Below are positions 9,299 through 20,300 of a DNA stretch of 64,000 bases, piece by piece. The position numbers were made by a program, and so were the translations under genes. Positions within the stretch are counted from its first letter, which is position 1. Each line of letters begins with the position of its first letter. The notes below the pieces were generated by a model that made no database searches, was not told where the DNA came from, and worked only from the letters and a program-made list of their open reading frames with translations. The stretch is taken from contig CBFFRQ010000062.1 of the NCBI GenBank assembly GCA_965644315.1, forward strand, positions 1 through 64,000, written 5' to 3'. The stretch is from Caecitellus pseudoparvulus. Its lineage: Eukaryota; Protista; Bigyra: Bicosoecida.

Positions 9299-11476
9299 AT
9301 GGAAGAGGCTCACACTTTCGATGATGTTGCGACGGCTTTCGAGCAATGGATAGATGGGGTCAGCACAGACAAGAGAGTGAGCGCTGTGGCGGCTGAGTCA
9401 CACTTTGCGCCAGTGGGAGGCCTGCTGCTGAGCGCAGCCCGGATGCTACTGGGTTCTGCTGGCCAGCCGAAGCTGGCGCATATTGCTCATGGACCAGCAG
9501 GCTGTGGTAAGACTACCATGCTGCGAGCAGCGGTGCAGCAAGTGAACGGCGCCCGCTGTGCCACTACCGGACGCACACTGCTGGCGGCGCACTCCGGAAT
9601 GAGGCAAGTGCGGGCCCGTAGCTTGGTGCAGCATGCACTGCGTGTCTTGCGTGATCAAGGCCTTGAGGTTGAAGCGGCTCCTGTCACTGTGGAGGAGCTG
9701 TGTGCTTGGCTGAGGGACAACAATCGTTGCATGCTGCTGGTGCTGGACGACGTGGAGCACCTGTATGGGCACGCTGTAGACGACATGGCGCCTGACGGAG
9801 AGGGCGAGGCCGTTGCACGCTGCTGGTTGCGCCAGCTGGCGCTGCTTGGCAGCTTGGGCGGCCAGCAGCAGCAGCTGTGTGTCGTGCTGTGCGGCAGTGC
9901 TCCGTGCACGCGCCGCATGCTGTTCGCCAAAATGCCAGCGGACTGCAAACGTGCAATTGACCAGTACAGGCACTATCCCAAGGTGCGACGAGACCTCGGA
10001 TCTACCAACTGGCACCTGCTGCAATTTTCTGCGCCGGTGTGGCACAGCCAAGCTGTGCTCGAAGACTTCCTTCGCAGCTGCCTCGGTGAGCACGTACACG
10101 GCGTGCCTGCCTTGGACCCTGCCCATGCCCCCGTCGATGATGCCGGGGCAGCCACAGGGGCAGGAGAGGGCGAAGCTGTGCCCCAACTGGTAGTCACGCC
10201 CTTGCTGACGCACACAGATGGGTCACTGCGTGACGCAAGCGAATTTGCGTGGAAACTGTATCAAGGCCATACCGAGGTGGATGCGGTAGTGGGGTGCAGC
10301 TCCTTCCCCAAGAAGGTGCATTTCACCCCTGCTTTGAAGCTGTTGTACGAACGCATCCTGTTCATCGCGCCAGGCACTCGGCTGCTGCCGCAGAAGGCAC
10401 TGGACGCTGTTCGCAACGTGCGGCTACGTCCCCTGACTTTTCAGCCAGCTGCCTTTGCTATGAGCATGTCACAGCTGACGGAGATTGCAGCGCAAGGAGA
10501 AGAACAGCCCGTAGAGCCGAAGCACGTGTATGATGCCGTGGATGATGGCTTTCTTGTGGAGCTGCAGAGCAACAGTTTTGGCATCGCGTCGCTGCGGCAC
10601 CTGGTCAGCTTCTTGCAGATTGGCCTGGACCCTGCCGAGGCCACGCATATGACGTTCACGGCAGGTACCAACGGGCAGCAGGCAGAAGCGGTCGTGGCGC
10701 GCGCGGTGGTCAGCTGGCTCTCCAGTGCGGCACCCGCCTCAGCATTTGGTGCAGGGCTGCTGCGGCAGTGGTGGAGAGAGGTAGTATTGGCAGCTGCCCA
10801 GCTGCAGCCACCCATGTCTCTTGCAGACCTGTGGGACACGTCCACGCTGAAGTGGCATAGCATTCAGCACCTGGCCATGAAGGGCATTGCCGCGCGCCCT
10901 CTCCAGGAAGACCGGCTGGAGGCAGGCAGCTTCACCTTCGCCAAAGAGCATCCAGACGAGTATGGCAGTGCTCTGGTGGCTGTGCTACCCTTCGGGCCCC
11001 TGGCCCACCGCGCAGCACTGCAAGAGGCTGATGATGCCGCAGATCTCCCCACACCCCCCGCTGCGCCTGAGGAGGACGTCGGTGCGGATGCTGCGGCAAA
11101 TCAGTTGCATGTGTACATTCTCCGGTGCCAGGTGAAGCTGTGTGACTCTGAACGCAGCGTTCTTTGGCCGGGAAAGGAAGGCTCAAAGACAGAGAGCGTC
11201 AGGAGCATCGTGAAGAAGCTGAAGGAAGGCGATGATGGCGTGTGCCAGCGGGTGGCAGTGCTATGCAGCGACGCCTTTCATGTGCCAGTGGCCGACATTA
11301 AGGTACATCCAGCGCACATACTGGCAACGACGCGGGCAGTGCACGCGAAGGGGCGCCAGATCCTGGCTGACAACCACGTGCTTTTGCTGGACCGCACGGC
11401 ATTGGCACAGCACTGGGAGCCGTGGCTACGTGAATATGCGCGGCGCATGGGCCTGAGGCAATACTTGCCGACGTAG
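9299..11476 (+). CDS. P-loop NTPase fused to a putative restriction-endonuclease-like C-terminal domain (Crinkler/RHSP-type NTPase+REase architecture)
   Basis: Walker A HGPAGCGKTT (about 9490-9515), Walker B LLVLDDVEHLY (about 9735-9765), sensor-like VVLCGS. C-terminus has AEAVV...KEHPDEYGSALVAV...YILRCQVKL...LATTR, read as a (P)D...QxK nuclease-like core. A splice acceptor (GCTAACCGCAG, 9172) may add an upstream exon. Confidence 0.7.
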   Translation: MEEAHTFDDVATAFEQWIDGVSTDKRVSAVAAESHFAPVGGLLLSAARMLLGSAGQPKLAHIAHGPAGCGKTTMLRAAVQQVNGARCATTGRTLLAAHSGMRQVRARSLVQHALRVLRDQGLEVEAAPVTVEELCAWLRDNNRCMLLVLDDVEHLYGHAVDDMAPDGEGEAVARCWLRQLALLGSLGGQQQQLCVVLCGSAPCTRRMLFAKMPADCKRAIDQYRHYPKVRRDLGSTNWHLLQFSAPVWHSQAVLEDFLRSCLGEHVHGVPALDPAHAPVDDAGAATGAGEGEAVPQLVVTPLLTHTDGSLRDASEFAWKLYQGHTEVDAVVGCSSFPKKVHFTPALKLLYERILFIAPGTRLLPQKALDAVRNVRLRPLTFQPAAFAMSMSQLTEIAAQGEEQPVEPKHVYDAVDDGFLVELQSNSFGIASLRHLVSFLQIGLDPAEATHMTFTAGTNGQQAEAVVARAVVSWLSSAAPASAFGAGLLRQWWREVVLAAAQLQPPMSLADLWDTSTLKWHSIQHLAMKGIAARPLQEDRLEAGSFTFAKEHPDEYGSALVAVLPFGPLAHRAALQEADDAADLPTPPAAPEEDVGADAAANQLHVYILRCQVKLCDSERSVLWPGKEGSKTESVRSIVKKLKEGDDGVCQRVAVLCSDAFHVPVADIKVHPAHILATTRAVHAKGRQILADNHVLLLDRTALAQHWEPWLREYARRMGLRQYLPT

Positions 11477-12487
11477 TGCAACTGCTGACTAAGCTTGCAT
11501 CGGCATGGTATGGGCAAAAGAAGAGTGCTCTCCGCCATGCAAATGCACAGTGCGCCACGCCGTCCGCGCTAGCAACGTGCACTGAGTCACTTATGTTGCT
11601 CCAGCCGTGTACGTGTACACTGCACCGACCAGAGTGCTCAAGAAGTGATCTTCTCCAATTCCCTTGCATCGACGTACCATCGTAGGTCGCCACAAACGGA
11701 CGCTGCGCGTTCGGCTGGCAGCATGGCATCTGCGCCGGCGCCAGCGAGGGGTGTGCTCGTGATGAAAGCGAGTGCAGATGCCTTGCTGCCCACTGCCCCC
11801 GTGAAGGCCATGTGGTGTGCTACGTTGTCGAGCGGCAGCACCATGCTGATGTGCCGACAGGCCGGCTTGGTTCGTCCGGGGTTGGCGCGATCAGCGCGTT
11901 CGCCTGCCCCAGCGGCATGTGCCCGGGCAACAGCAACGCCGTGTGCCTGCCAAGACCCATGCGAAGTAGAACCAGGTCCAGCAAAGGGGGTGCAGCCGCT
12001 GCGAGGCTGGCTGGGGCAGAGTGAAGCGCGAGGCCACATCGGTGCAGGGCGCTTTAGCGTGGGCAAGACTCGTTGATGACAAAACTGGGTAGCTGATTGT
12101 CAAAGCGGGTCAACTCAATCCACAAAGGAGCGATTTTTTGCAGATTTTATTCTTCAGCCTGATTAAAGAGCCTATAGCAAACGCCTGCACTTGCACCACA
12201 ATCTTGCCCCTTGTCACAGAACGCCTGCTCGGTTGTTCTCCAATCAAGCCCATTGATGTGCCGATATTTGTTTTAAAACTTGCGCCCCCCACCATGCCTA
12301 GCCCTGTGCATGGCGCTGAACTTCACTCTCCACGGTGCCCGGTGATTTTCGTGGCGGAAGTACAGATGGTGCGTCACACTGCGCGGGTCACTCGCATTTT
12401 CCGCACACCTTCAAAACCCGGAACGCGAAGAGTGCTTCCATGCAAACATCACTCCCTATCAAGCACCCCCTTTGCCAAAGAACCATC

Positions 12488-14319
12488 ATGCTTGCTCGTG
12501 TCGGCCCGACTGCGGGCTGGTGCTTGCGGCGAGTGTTGCCAGTGCACTGTGCGGAAATGGGAAGCACGGCCACAGCGACACTGTTCACCGCTTCAGGCAC
12601 CATGAGACTCCAAAAAAGCTGCTTCCTGCCCACCATCCGCACATTTTCTTCCCAAGGGCGTGTTTCGTCCACAGGATCGCTCGTAGTTCATGGAGAGGCT
12701 CCGCGAGTGTCAGTGGACGAATGGAAGATGAACCTCACAAGCCTCTATCCGCATACGGCTTCTGAAGAAGCCTTCCATCTGGTCGAGAGCAAAGGAGACA
12801 AATGGGCAGTGTATGTGCTCTGGGAGGTGTTGGGCGAGCTGGAGGTACGCAATGCTCTCGTGACCTGCAATGCTGCATTCCCTGCCTCACTGGCAATTTC
12901 CGATCCCACAGTTCAAGGTCTACACAAGCGCCCTGAAAGAGCTGCTAGACCCAGAGAATCTCTCGCTTTTGTACCAGGCTCTGAGCCAGCCTAAAGAGGG
13001 CGGCGTGTGTACTGCGGACTTCAGGACGTTTCTGAAGCTCGCGCTCGAGTCAGACCGGACGGACTTGCTCGACCACTTGGTCCACCAAGACTCTCTCTTT
13101 GGGCGAACTGATCGCGAGATGCTCAAACAACTTAAAAGTGCTTTTTACTGCCTCAAAAGCAGCCGCACATATCGACCCGTCGATGCTCCGCGCCATGGGC
13201 TGCGACCAGTGGGGAAGAGCGAAGGCCAAGCTGTGCGTGGCTCGCTTATTGCCTGTTCTCTGCTGTGCTTCGCGCCCATAGCCACACTGCGCACATTCTT
13301 CGCAGGGTTCTCCCAATGTGGACACCATGCTTGCCCTGACACAGCCGAGAATTCTAGAGGGAATCAAGGAGACACTCCTGGAGCACTCAAAGGACCCCTT
13401 TGTGCTGGAGCAGCTCGAGGGCGTTCTTCAACACTGCCGTGTTCGACACCTAGAGACCTTGGTGCTCGACATATTTGGCAGAGCGTGGAGGGCTCCAAAA
13501 GGTTGTGATGAGGAGGGCTGGGAGTTGTTTGCCGAAGTCTTCCTTTCATACGAACTGCAGGCTGCGTTGGTCAACTTGAGAACTGCGCAGTTGCAGACAA
13601 TTGCGAGCGAGGAGCTTGGAGCAAGACTTGGAAAACTTCCTGAGCAAGACCAAGAGAAGGCGCGTGCAACCTTCAAGAGCTTGGATGAGAGCGACTGCCC
13701 TTCTATCGTAATTGGCGTTGCGAAGTTCGCATTCTTGCGGGCTACGGTGAGTTGACAGCCATTTCGCACCGACCACAGCTGCGAGAACAGCTGTGTTCCC
13801 GTTCTCGTGCAGGAACCTGTGAACCTTGTAACACTAGCCGTGTTGCTGCGGCCAGACCTGCTCAAGCAAGCCTGCTCCACAATCGCGCTGACACTGCCTC
13901 TTGGACTTGCCAGCAGGAACTACCTGGACTACCTGGCGGCATTCATCAGCAAAGACCTGGGAACACTACTTAATCACATCGAGGACGGTTCCGTAATCAA
14001 GTCCGCTCAAGTCAAGAACTGCATGTGGGAGAGCTTCGTCAACACGGAGCTGAAGCTGGCAGCGAAAGAAGCGTGGGAAAGGGAGCGGATGCTCCAGCTC
14101 CAGCAAGGACTCGACGAGCACATGGAACGTGCCTTGGCGGCCGCCAGTGAGGCGCAAAGGCAGCAAGCGCAGAAGAACGTGGCGCTTTTGGGCAGTAGGG
14201 GGGGTGATCAAGGGGTCTTCCTGGCAGGGAAGCACTCCCTCATGGAGACCTTGATTGAACAAGCTGCCCAGAAAGCAGGGCAGGCTGAGCCAGTTGCAGC
14301 GAGCGCAGAGGACACGTGA
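12488..14319 (+). CDS. Four-exon hypothetical protein, possible mitochondrial presequence
   Basis: Exons 12488-12844, 12912-13232, 13306-13746 and 13813-14319 join in frame through canonical GT-AG introns. The N-terminus MLARVG...IRTFSS is Arg/Ser-rich and nearly acid-free. No family recognised. Confidence 0.7.
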
Positions 14320-14384
14320 GGGTCGACAAGCCTTCCCCCGCCATTGTGGATGGAAATGTACTCCGTCAGTGTGCGCGCTTTGCT

Positions 14385-17300
14385 TCATTGCTTCGGCTTG
14401 GCGGCAACTCCTGGAGGCGGTCGCGGACTGACCGACTTCAGGGTTCCTGCTGCGGTGCGGACAGTGACTTTTTTGCTGTCTCGCGGGGGTGCAACTGGGC
14501 GCGGAGGGGCGGTGGACTGCGAAGACTGCCCACTCTTACCGACACTTGAACTGGTCGCCTTGCGAGGGGGCGGCACGGGAAGGCGTGCACCCGTGCTGGC
14601 TACCTTGGCTTTCGATTCCCTGCGGCCATCTCGCGGCTGTATCTTGAGCAAAGACGCAGGTTTCTCGGGGGGGCCTTGTGTCGCTGGCACAGGTGCACGA
14701 GCAGGAGGTGTGCGAGGGGGGGAAATGCCAGCTGGGGCCAGCATCATGCTCCGGCGGCGCTGGGTGCCAGACTTGCGCCCTGCTGTCGAAATTTCAAGCT
14801 GAACAGCATCGGGATTCGACGTCGGAGGGCTCTGCGGTGTCCTTGGTCCCCCAGTGCGCCGCATGACAATCGCGGCTGACCTTGCTTCGGCTGCCTTCTT
14901 GGATGCGGCCTTGCTGGCCTTCTTTGAGAGGGCTTGCGCACCCTTACCTGCCTGTGTGCCTGTTGCCTGCGCAGGCCCTGGCTTGGGCGCCTTTCGGAGC
15001 AAGTTCTTGCCTCCTGCAGATAGGGTGGCGGCCAACTCTTGCGCAACGCCGCCACTTTCGCCAGCACGCTGCTGCTTCCCTCGCGCAAGCCTGGCTTTGG
15101 CGAGCAGTCCCTGCCCACCTGACTCGCCTTGGGCAGGGGGCGACTTGGCGTTTCGTCCCTTGCCCATGGCTGCGTTTCGCATCTCCTTGCGGCGCTTGGC
15201 TTCTGCGGCCTTCTGCACCTTGTCCAGCGCTGCCTTGAAGGACGAGCAGAAGGCATCCAGCATTCCAAATAGCTGCTCGCAGGAGGTGGTCTCTGGACTT
15301 TCGCCAAAGAAAGTACACGTTGAGGAGAACAGGGTGTGCATGCGGGACACGGCCAGCGACGTCTCCTGCACACAGCTCTTCAATCGCTCAGCGTGAGGCT
15401 CCAGGCCCTGACGGAACTCGTCAAATGCCGGAGACACGGACTGCAAGATGTCTTGCACGTGCTGCATGCCAGCTTCTAGCTTTGCAAAGTCTGCGTCGAT
15501 GCTCGAAAGGCTGGTCTTGGCTGCAGCCGGCACCGCTGCTAGCTCCTCCAGGACGTCCAGGATGGGGGACTGGCGGCTCAGCAGGCGGTCCAGGATGTAC
15601 TCAAGAAGAGTTTGGTTGTCGGATGCCTTGGTCGCAGTGAGCCCATGCAAGGCGCTCAGCTTGAAGCCCACAGCGGCGCCTCTTCGGGATCCCGCATTGA
15701 GTTGGTTCCCGAGCGGCAGAATGATGTCACGCAGCAGCGTGATAAAGTGGGTGCTGGAAGTGACCTGCTCACATGCCTTGCACACGTTCATCGTCTCCAC
15801 CTGTACACCTTGCGCTGCCTTCTCGCACTGCGCTGAGAAGAGCAACGCTTGGAGCTTGGCTTCGATGCTTTGGACTTGCCCAACCACGTGCCAGATAAAC
15901 GCCTCAGCTGGCCCTGCCTTGTCCAAGGCAGCCTTCACCGCGGAAGCATCAGACATGCTTCGACCCCCCGCAGAGACTTGCCGGGCCACCCATGACTTGA
16001 CCGTTCCAAGCAGGGCAGGAGAGTACGCTGGCAGTCCCTGCAGCACCGCCAAGATGCGGGGGCCCCCTGCTGCTGAGATGTCGCATGCGTCAATGGCGGC
16101 CGCCAGCTGGGGAAAGGACACCTTGCCCAGCGCAGACAAGCCAATGTTGATGTTTTGCGAAGCTTGGCCGTCCAGAGCCGTCATTTTACGAGCTTTCGGT
16201 GGCTTCTTCGGGGACTTGCCAGGGCTCTTCCCGCCGCCCCCAGTTGCGCTGGCAGCGGAGAATTTTGTGGACAGGTCGCCAAACAAGCTCTGCAACGCAT
16301 GTCTCCGCCGGGGATCAATGCCCAAAAACTCCTCGAGAGATGTGTCTATTCCCTCAGCCTTGCTTGCTTCGTGTCCTTCGATGCCCAAGACTGCGTGCAA
16401 TTCATCCAAAGCCAGGCCTGCTCCACCTGATGCGCCAGGTGGCGCAGCTCCATTGGGATCCCACACCGTCCCGTGGACATTGTCCAACATCTCCCAGTGC
16501 AGACCCTTCAACTTGGGCGCGGCACCTCGTTTCTTGGCAGCAGTGGTGCGGAGTTTCTTCAGCTGCTTCTGGCGCTGCTTTGCAAGCCGCTTGGCCTCGC
16601 TTCGCAGCTCGAATGGGCCGAGACCAACACTGAACACAAGCACGCTACGTCGCCGCAGTGACGCTTGGCGCAGTGCAGTGCAGCATAGTCCCACACTAAA
16701 GCACAAGGTCGCAAGTTTCGACCGCAACTTTCGGCGGGCACTTCCTGCTGCCAGTCCCACTGCAAAAGCCTTCAATGCCTGGCGACGGCGACGACGTGCT
16801 CTGTGCGCAGAGAGCAACACCCCCACTGCAAATACGCGGTGTGCTGCCAGAGAGCCAAGTTCGTGGCCATTCAGGTGCACTTGTTTCGTTCGTCGTCCGG
16901 GGGTGTTCGGCACGCCAAAACGCGGCGACAGGGTGTGCTGCCTCAGTTGGCGAGGTGGCGGGGATCGACCCGGACCACCTGCCCCTCCCAAGCCTCTGGG
17001 CGTGCCAGTAGCCCGCCGGGAGGGCTCATCTGGCACCCCTGGGCTGCGCATGGCGGCCATGGAGGAGTGATCATGCTCCATGCCACCACCTGCTTGCCCC
17101 CTCGACGCCGCTCCAGTGCCTGTAGCGGGCAAGTCGCTGAATCCAGGTTCAGCATCATCGGCCCGCAGAGCATGCTGCACTGCAGCAAGGGCGCGCTTTG
17201 CGATCCCATCAGAACTTGAATCACCTCCAGCATTGGAGCTTGCACCATCTCCACCCTGAGCAGTGTACAGCTGTACAAATGCCGTCACAGCTAACTCCAA

Positions 17301-20300
17301 TGCGAGCAACGGCACGGAGAACGGCTCGCCCGACTCTCCATCTGCAGTGTCTACTCCGTCAATGCGCACTTGCTTGCCACCTCCGAGCTCGCCCAAACCC
17401 GAAGTCCCAACACCCTTGGCAACAGCGATGATGCCATTCGCGAGGCCTGCCGCTGCAGACGAAGGGAAGGCTTGCAAAACCCTGCGCAGCAGAATCTCAC
17501 CAGACCCCCGAGCGCTCGTGAGCATGCCAGCACCCAGCAGTGCCACTTGGGCAGGGTCAAGAGCTGAGCTGGACGGCGCCGCCTGGACTCCACCCTGTTG
17601 GCGCTGCTCTGCCATTGCAGCAGCCCCTCGAGCGGTCCCCATTCCACCAAGATTAGGAGCAGGTGCACCTCCAATGCTGACCTCTTCCCCGCTCTCGGCA
17701 GAAGCCAGAAGGGCGTCAATGTGTGACTCCAGCTCCTCCCACGAAGCCTCAGGGGCCACCGCAGCAGACCCACTGATACCTCCCTGACCCATCCTGCCCC
17801 CTCCTCCCGAACTGTGCTGAGACCCCCCTGGGCCTTGGCCGTGCCCCACAGCCTGGACCAAGCTTGCAATTGGGCGTGAAGGCGACAGCGAGCCTGTGCC
17901 GCCTGACCCCGTGCTCGTTGTTCCCAAGTGCTGCCTGAGCAGCGCCTGAACTTCTGCCAGCTGCGGATCTGAGCTGCTCTGGTGCACCGTGGAAATGGGG
18001 GACGTGCCAGAAGTCGCCCCACTCGGCGAAAGCACCAGAGGTCCAGCCTTGGAAGAAATCTTCTCCGGGGCGGCAGGTGCTGCCAGCCTATCCGACGCAT
18101 CGCCCTCTACGCTGCCGCGCGACCCTGATCCATCCACAGCACTTGTAGGCCCAGCTGCTGCGCCGCCACCGTCGCTGTCATCCCCCTCAATTTGAGCCTC
18201 CTTCCCAGGTTGCGGCATCAGTGAGCCCCCGGAACCCCCTCTTGACGCTGCGGCGCCTGGCTTGGAAGCCGTCGCGTCCAGAGCAGGCAGCCACCCATTC
18301 AGCGTTCGGATGGCGGTGTAGATCGCCTGGATGTCAGGGCTGGGTGGGATGGCGACTCGCCGCCCATTGGCCCAACGGCGCAGCAGCTCCCGGAAGTTGC
18401 GCTTGAGGGCCCGCCGCGCTTCGGGATCTTGCACACCTAACTCTTGACTCAGAATAACCTCATGCATCCGCATTTCCTCCGCAGCTTTTGTCGCAGCCAG
18501 TGTGGCAGCGGCTGCGGAGCTCACCTGCCCCAGAGGCGCCTCTAAGCTCTGGGTGCCCCCATCAGCCTTGGACTCCGTGGCGCCAGGCTGTCGGGCGCGG
18601 GGCGCCTGAGTCTGCAGGACCAGCGATCGCCCCCTTGCCACCTTAACTGGCTCACGGGGCTGGACAGGAACTCGAGTTTGGACGGCTTGGCGTGCTTGCC
18701 TTTCCCTGCCGCGTGAGCGTGCAGCGCCAATTCGTCCGGTTTGCCTTTGCAGTGAGGTGACCCCGGGTGGCGTCGGCTTTCCGCCGCTTGAAACTTTGAC
18801 GCGGACTCGCTGCTTGTTCTCGGAAGCGATAGTTGACGCCATTGACGAGGCCCGCACCAGCAGAGGCTGGCGCTGGGCGACGCCTTGCTTGCGTGGGCTG
18901 GGCGTGTGCTTGGGACTTGCGACCACCGTCCCAGCCCGGTGACTGCCATCCACCTGCCGTGCCAAAGTGTGCTTGGAGGGCTCCTCACTTCCTGCCTGCA
19001 GCTTCACGTCCGCGGCCACAAACCCAGGGCTTCCTGCACTTGCTCTTGAGGAGGACGTGGTGCTGCGGGAGCCCGGCGCCATCCGCGAACCTTGCTCAAT
19101 GGCCTGCGCTGTTCGAACCTCTGCGCGGCTTGACAGCATGACCATGTCTTCTCCGTCAATGCCGGCGCTCCAGAAGGCGGGGATGTACTGGAAGAGCCCT
19201 TCGTGGGCAAGCCACAGGCACACTTGAGCTGGCTGCCACTGCTGGGGCGCTTCACGCCTCCAGCCGTCAGGCAGCTCTGGTCGGCGAGGGGAGGTGGCAG
19301 CACGCCCTTCACCAGCCCGCTGGCCCAGGTGTAGAGCTTCCCCAGGGAATGCCGCGTGTGACGCGCGCTGTACGGGGCTCAGAGGGGGGCTGCGTGCCAG
19401 CACCGGCCCCGCACGCGTCTCCCTGGACATCTCCGGCATGGTCTCTGCTCGAACGTGGCGGGGCCCGAGGCCGAGTGCAGCTGCCCCACCGGCCCTGCGC
19501 TGGCCTGCGGTGCGCGCCAGCCAGCCTTGGCGCATGCTGGCTTCGATGGCCATCGAGGCGCGACGGCCGTAGCGGGGCCGGCGCTTCCGCTGCGGAGAGG
19601 CGGCTGGCGCCGGGCTGCCTTCCGGTGCGGACTTGTCAGACAGCGAGTCCGAATGAGGCTGCACTTCCCGCCCCGCGTCCCACACGCCAGGACTCAAGGA
19701 CGCTGTGGCGGCTGTGAACGCCTTGCGGCGAAGGTGTGTGTCGGCTTCGGCAGGGCTGCCTGCACTGGCACGTGCGCCACCGACAGCCTCTGTCAGGCGG
19801 CGGAGCAGGTAGTACCCAACGCAAAACACGCCGTTGATGATGTGCTCGTCCGGATGCAGCGGGGTGAGACGGAAAGGCGTCACATGCTGCAGGGTCGGCG
19901 GCAGCAGAGCACGCAAGGGGGGTGCTACTGGCCGGCTCAGCCCACTATCACGGGCCCCCCCCCCCACTACGGGCGACAGGGGGGGGGATGCTTCTGGTGT
20001 CGTCTCCTGGCTAGTCGTGGCTGAGCCGGGCACATGGAGCCGCGCTACAAGGGGCATGGCAGCAATGTCCACTCGCTGGGAGTGGGGGCTGAGTCCCAGC
20101 AGGGCGCGAATGCCGTTCAGGTGAGCCAGTGCTTCCTGCACATCCCCGTTGGCGTGCGCTGCTGCCAAGGCGGCCTCGGGCAAGGCGTCAGTGTGCGGGT
20201 CAACTGAGAAGCCCGCACTGGACGCTGCGAGGTGTAGGCGGGAGGAGTAGGCGGCATCGTAATGCGCCAGGGCCGCGCGCAGGTTGCCCTGTTGGTGGTG

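Noticed and set aside
3690-12330. Endogenous virophage, Polinton or giant-virus insertion
   Set aside because: No capsid, packaging ATPase, pPolB, integrase or protease motifs were recognised, and the region is only moderately lower in GC.
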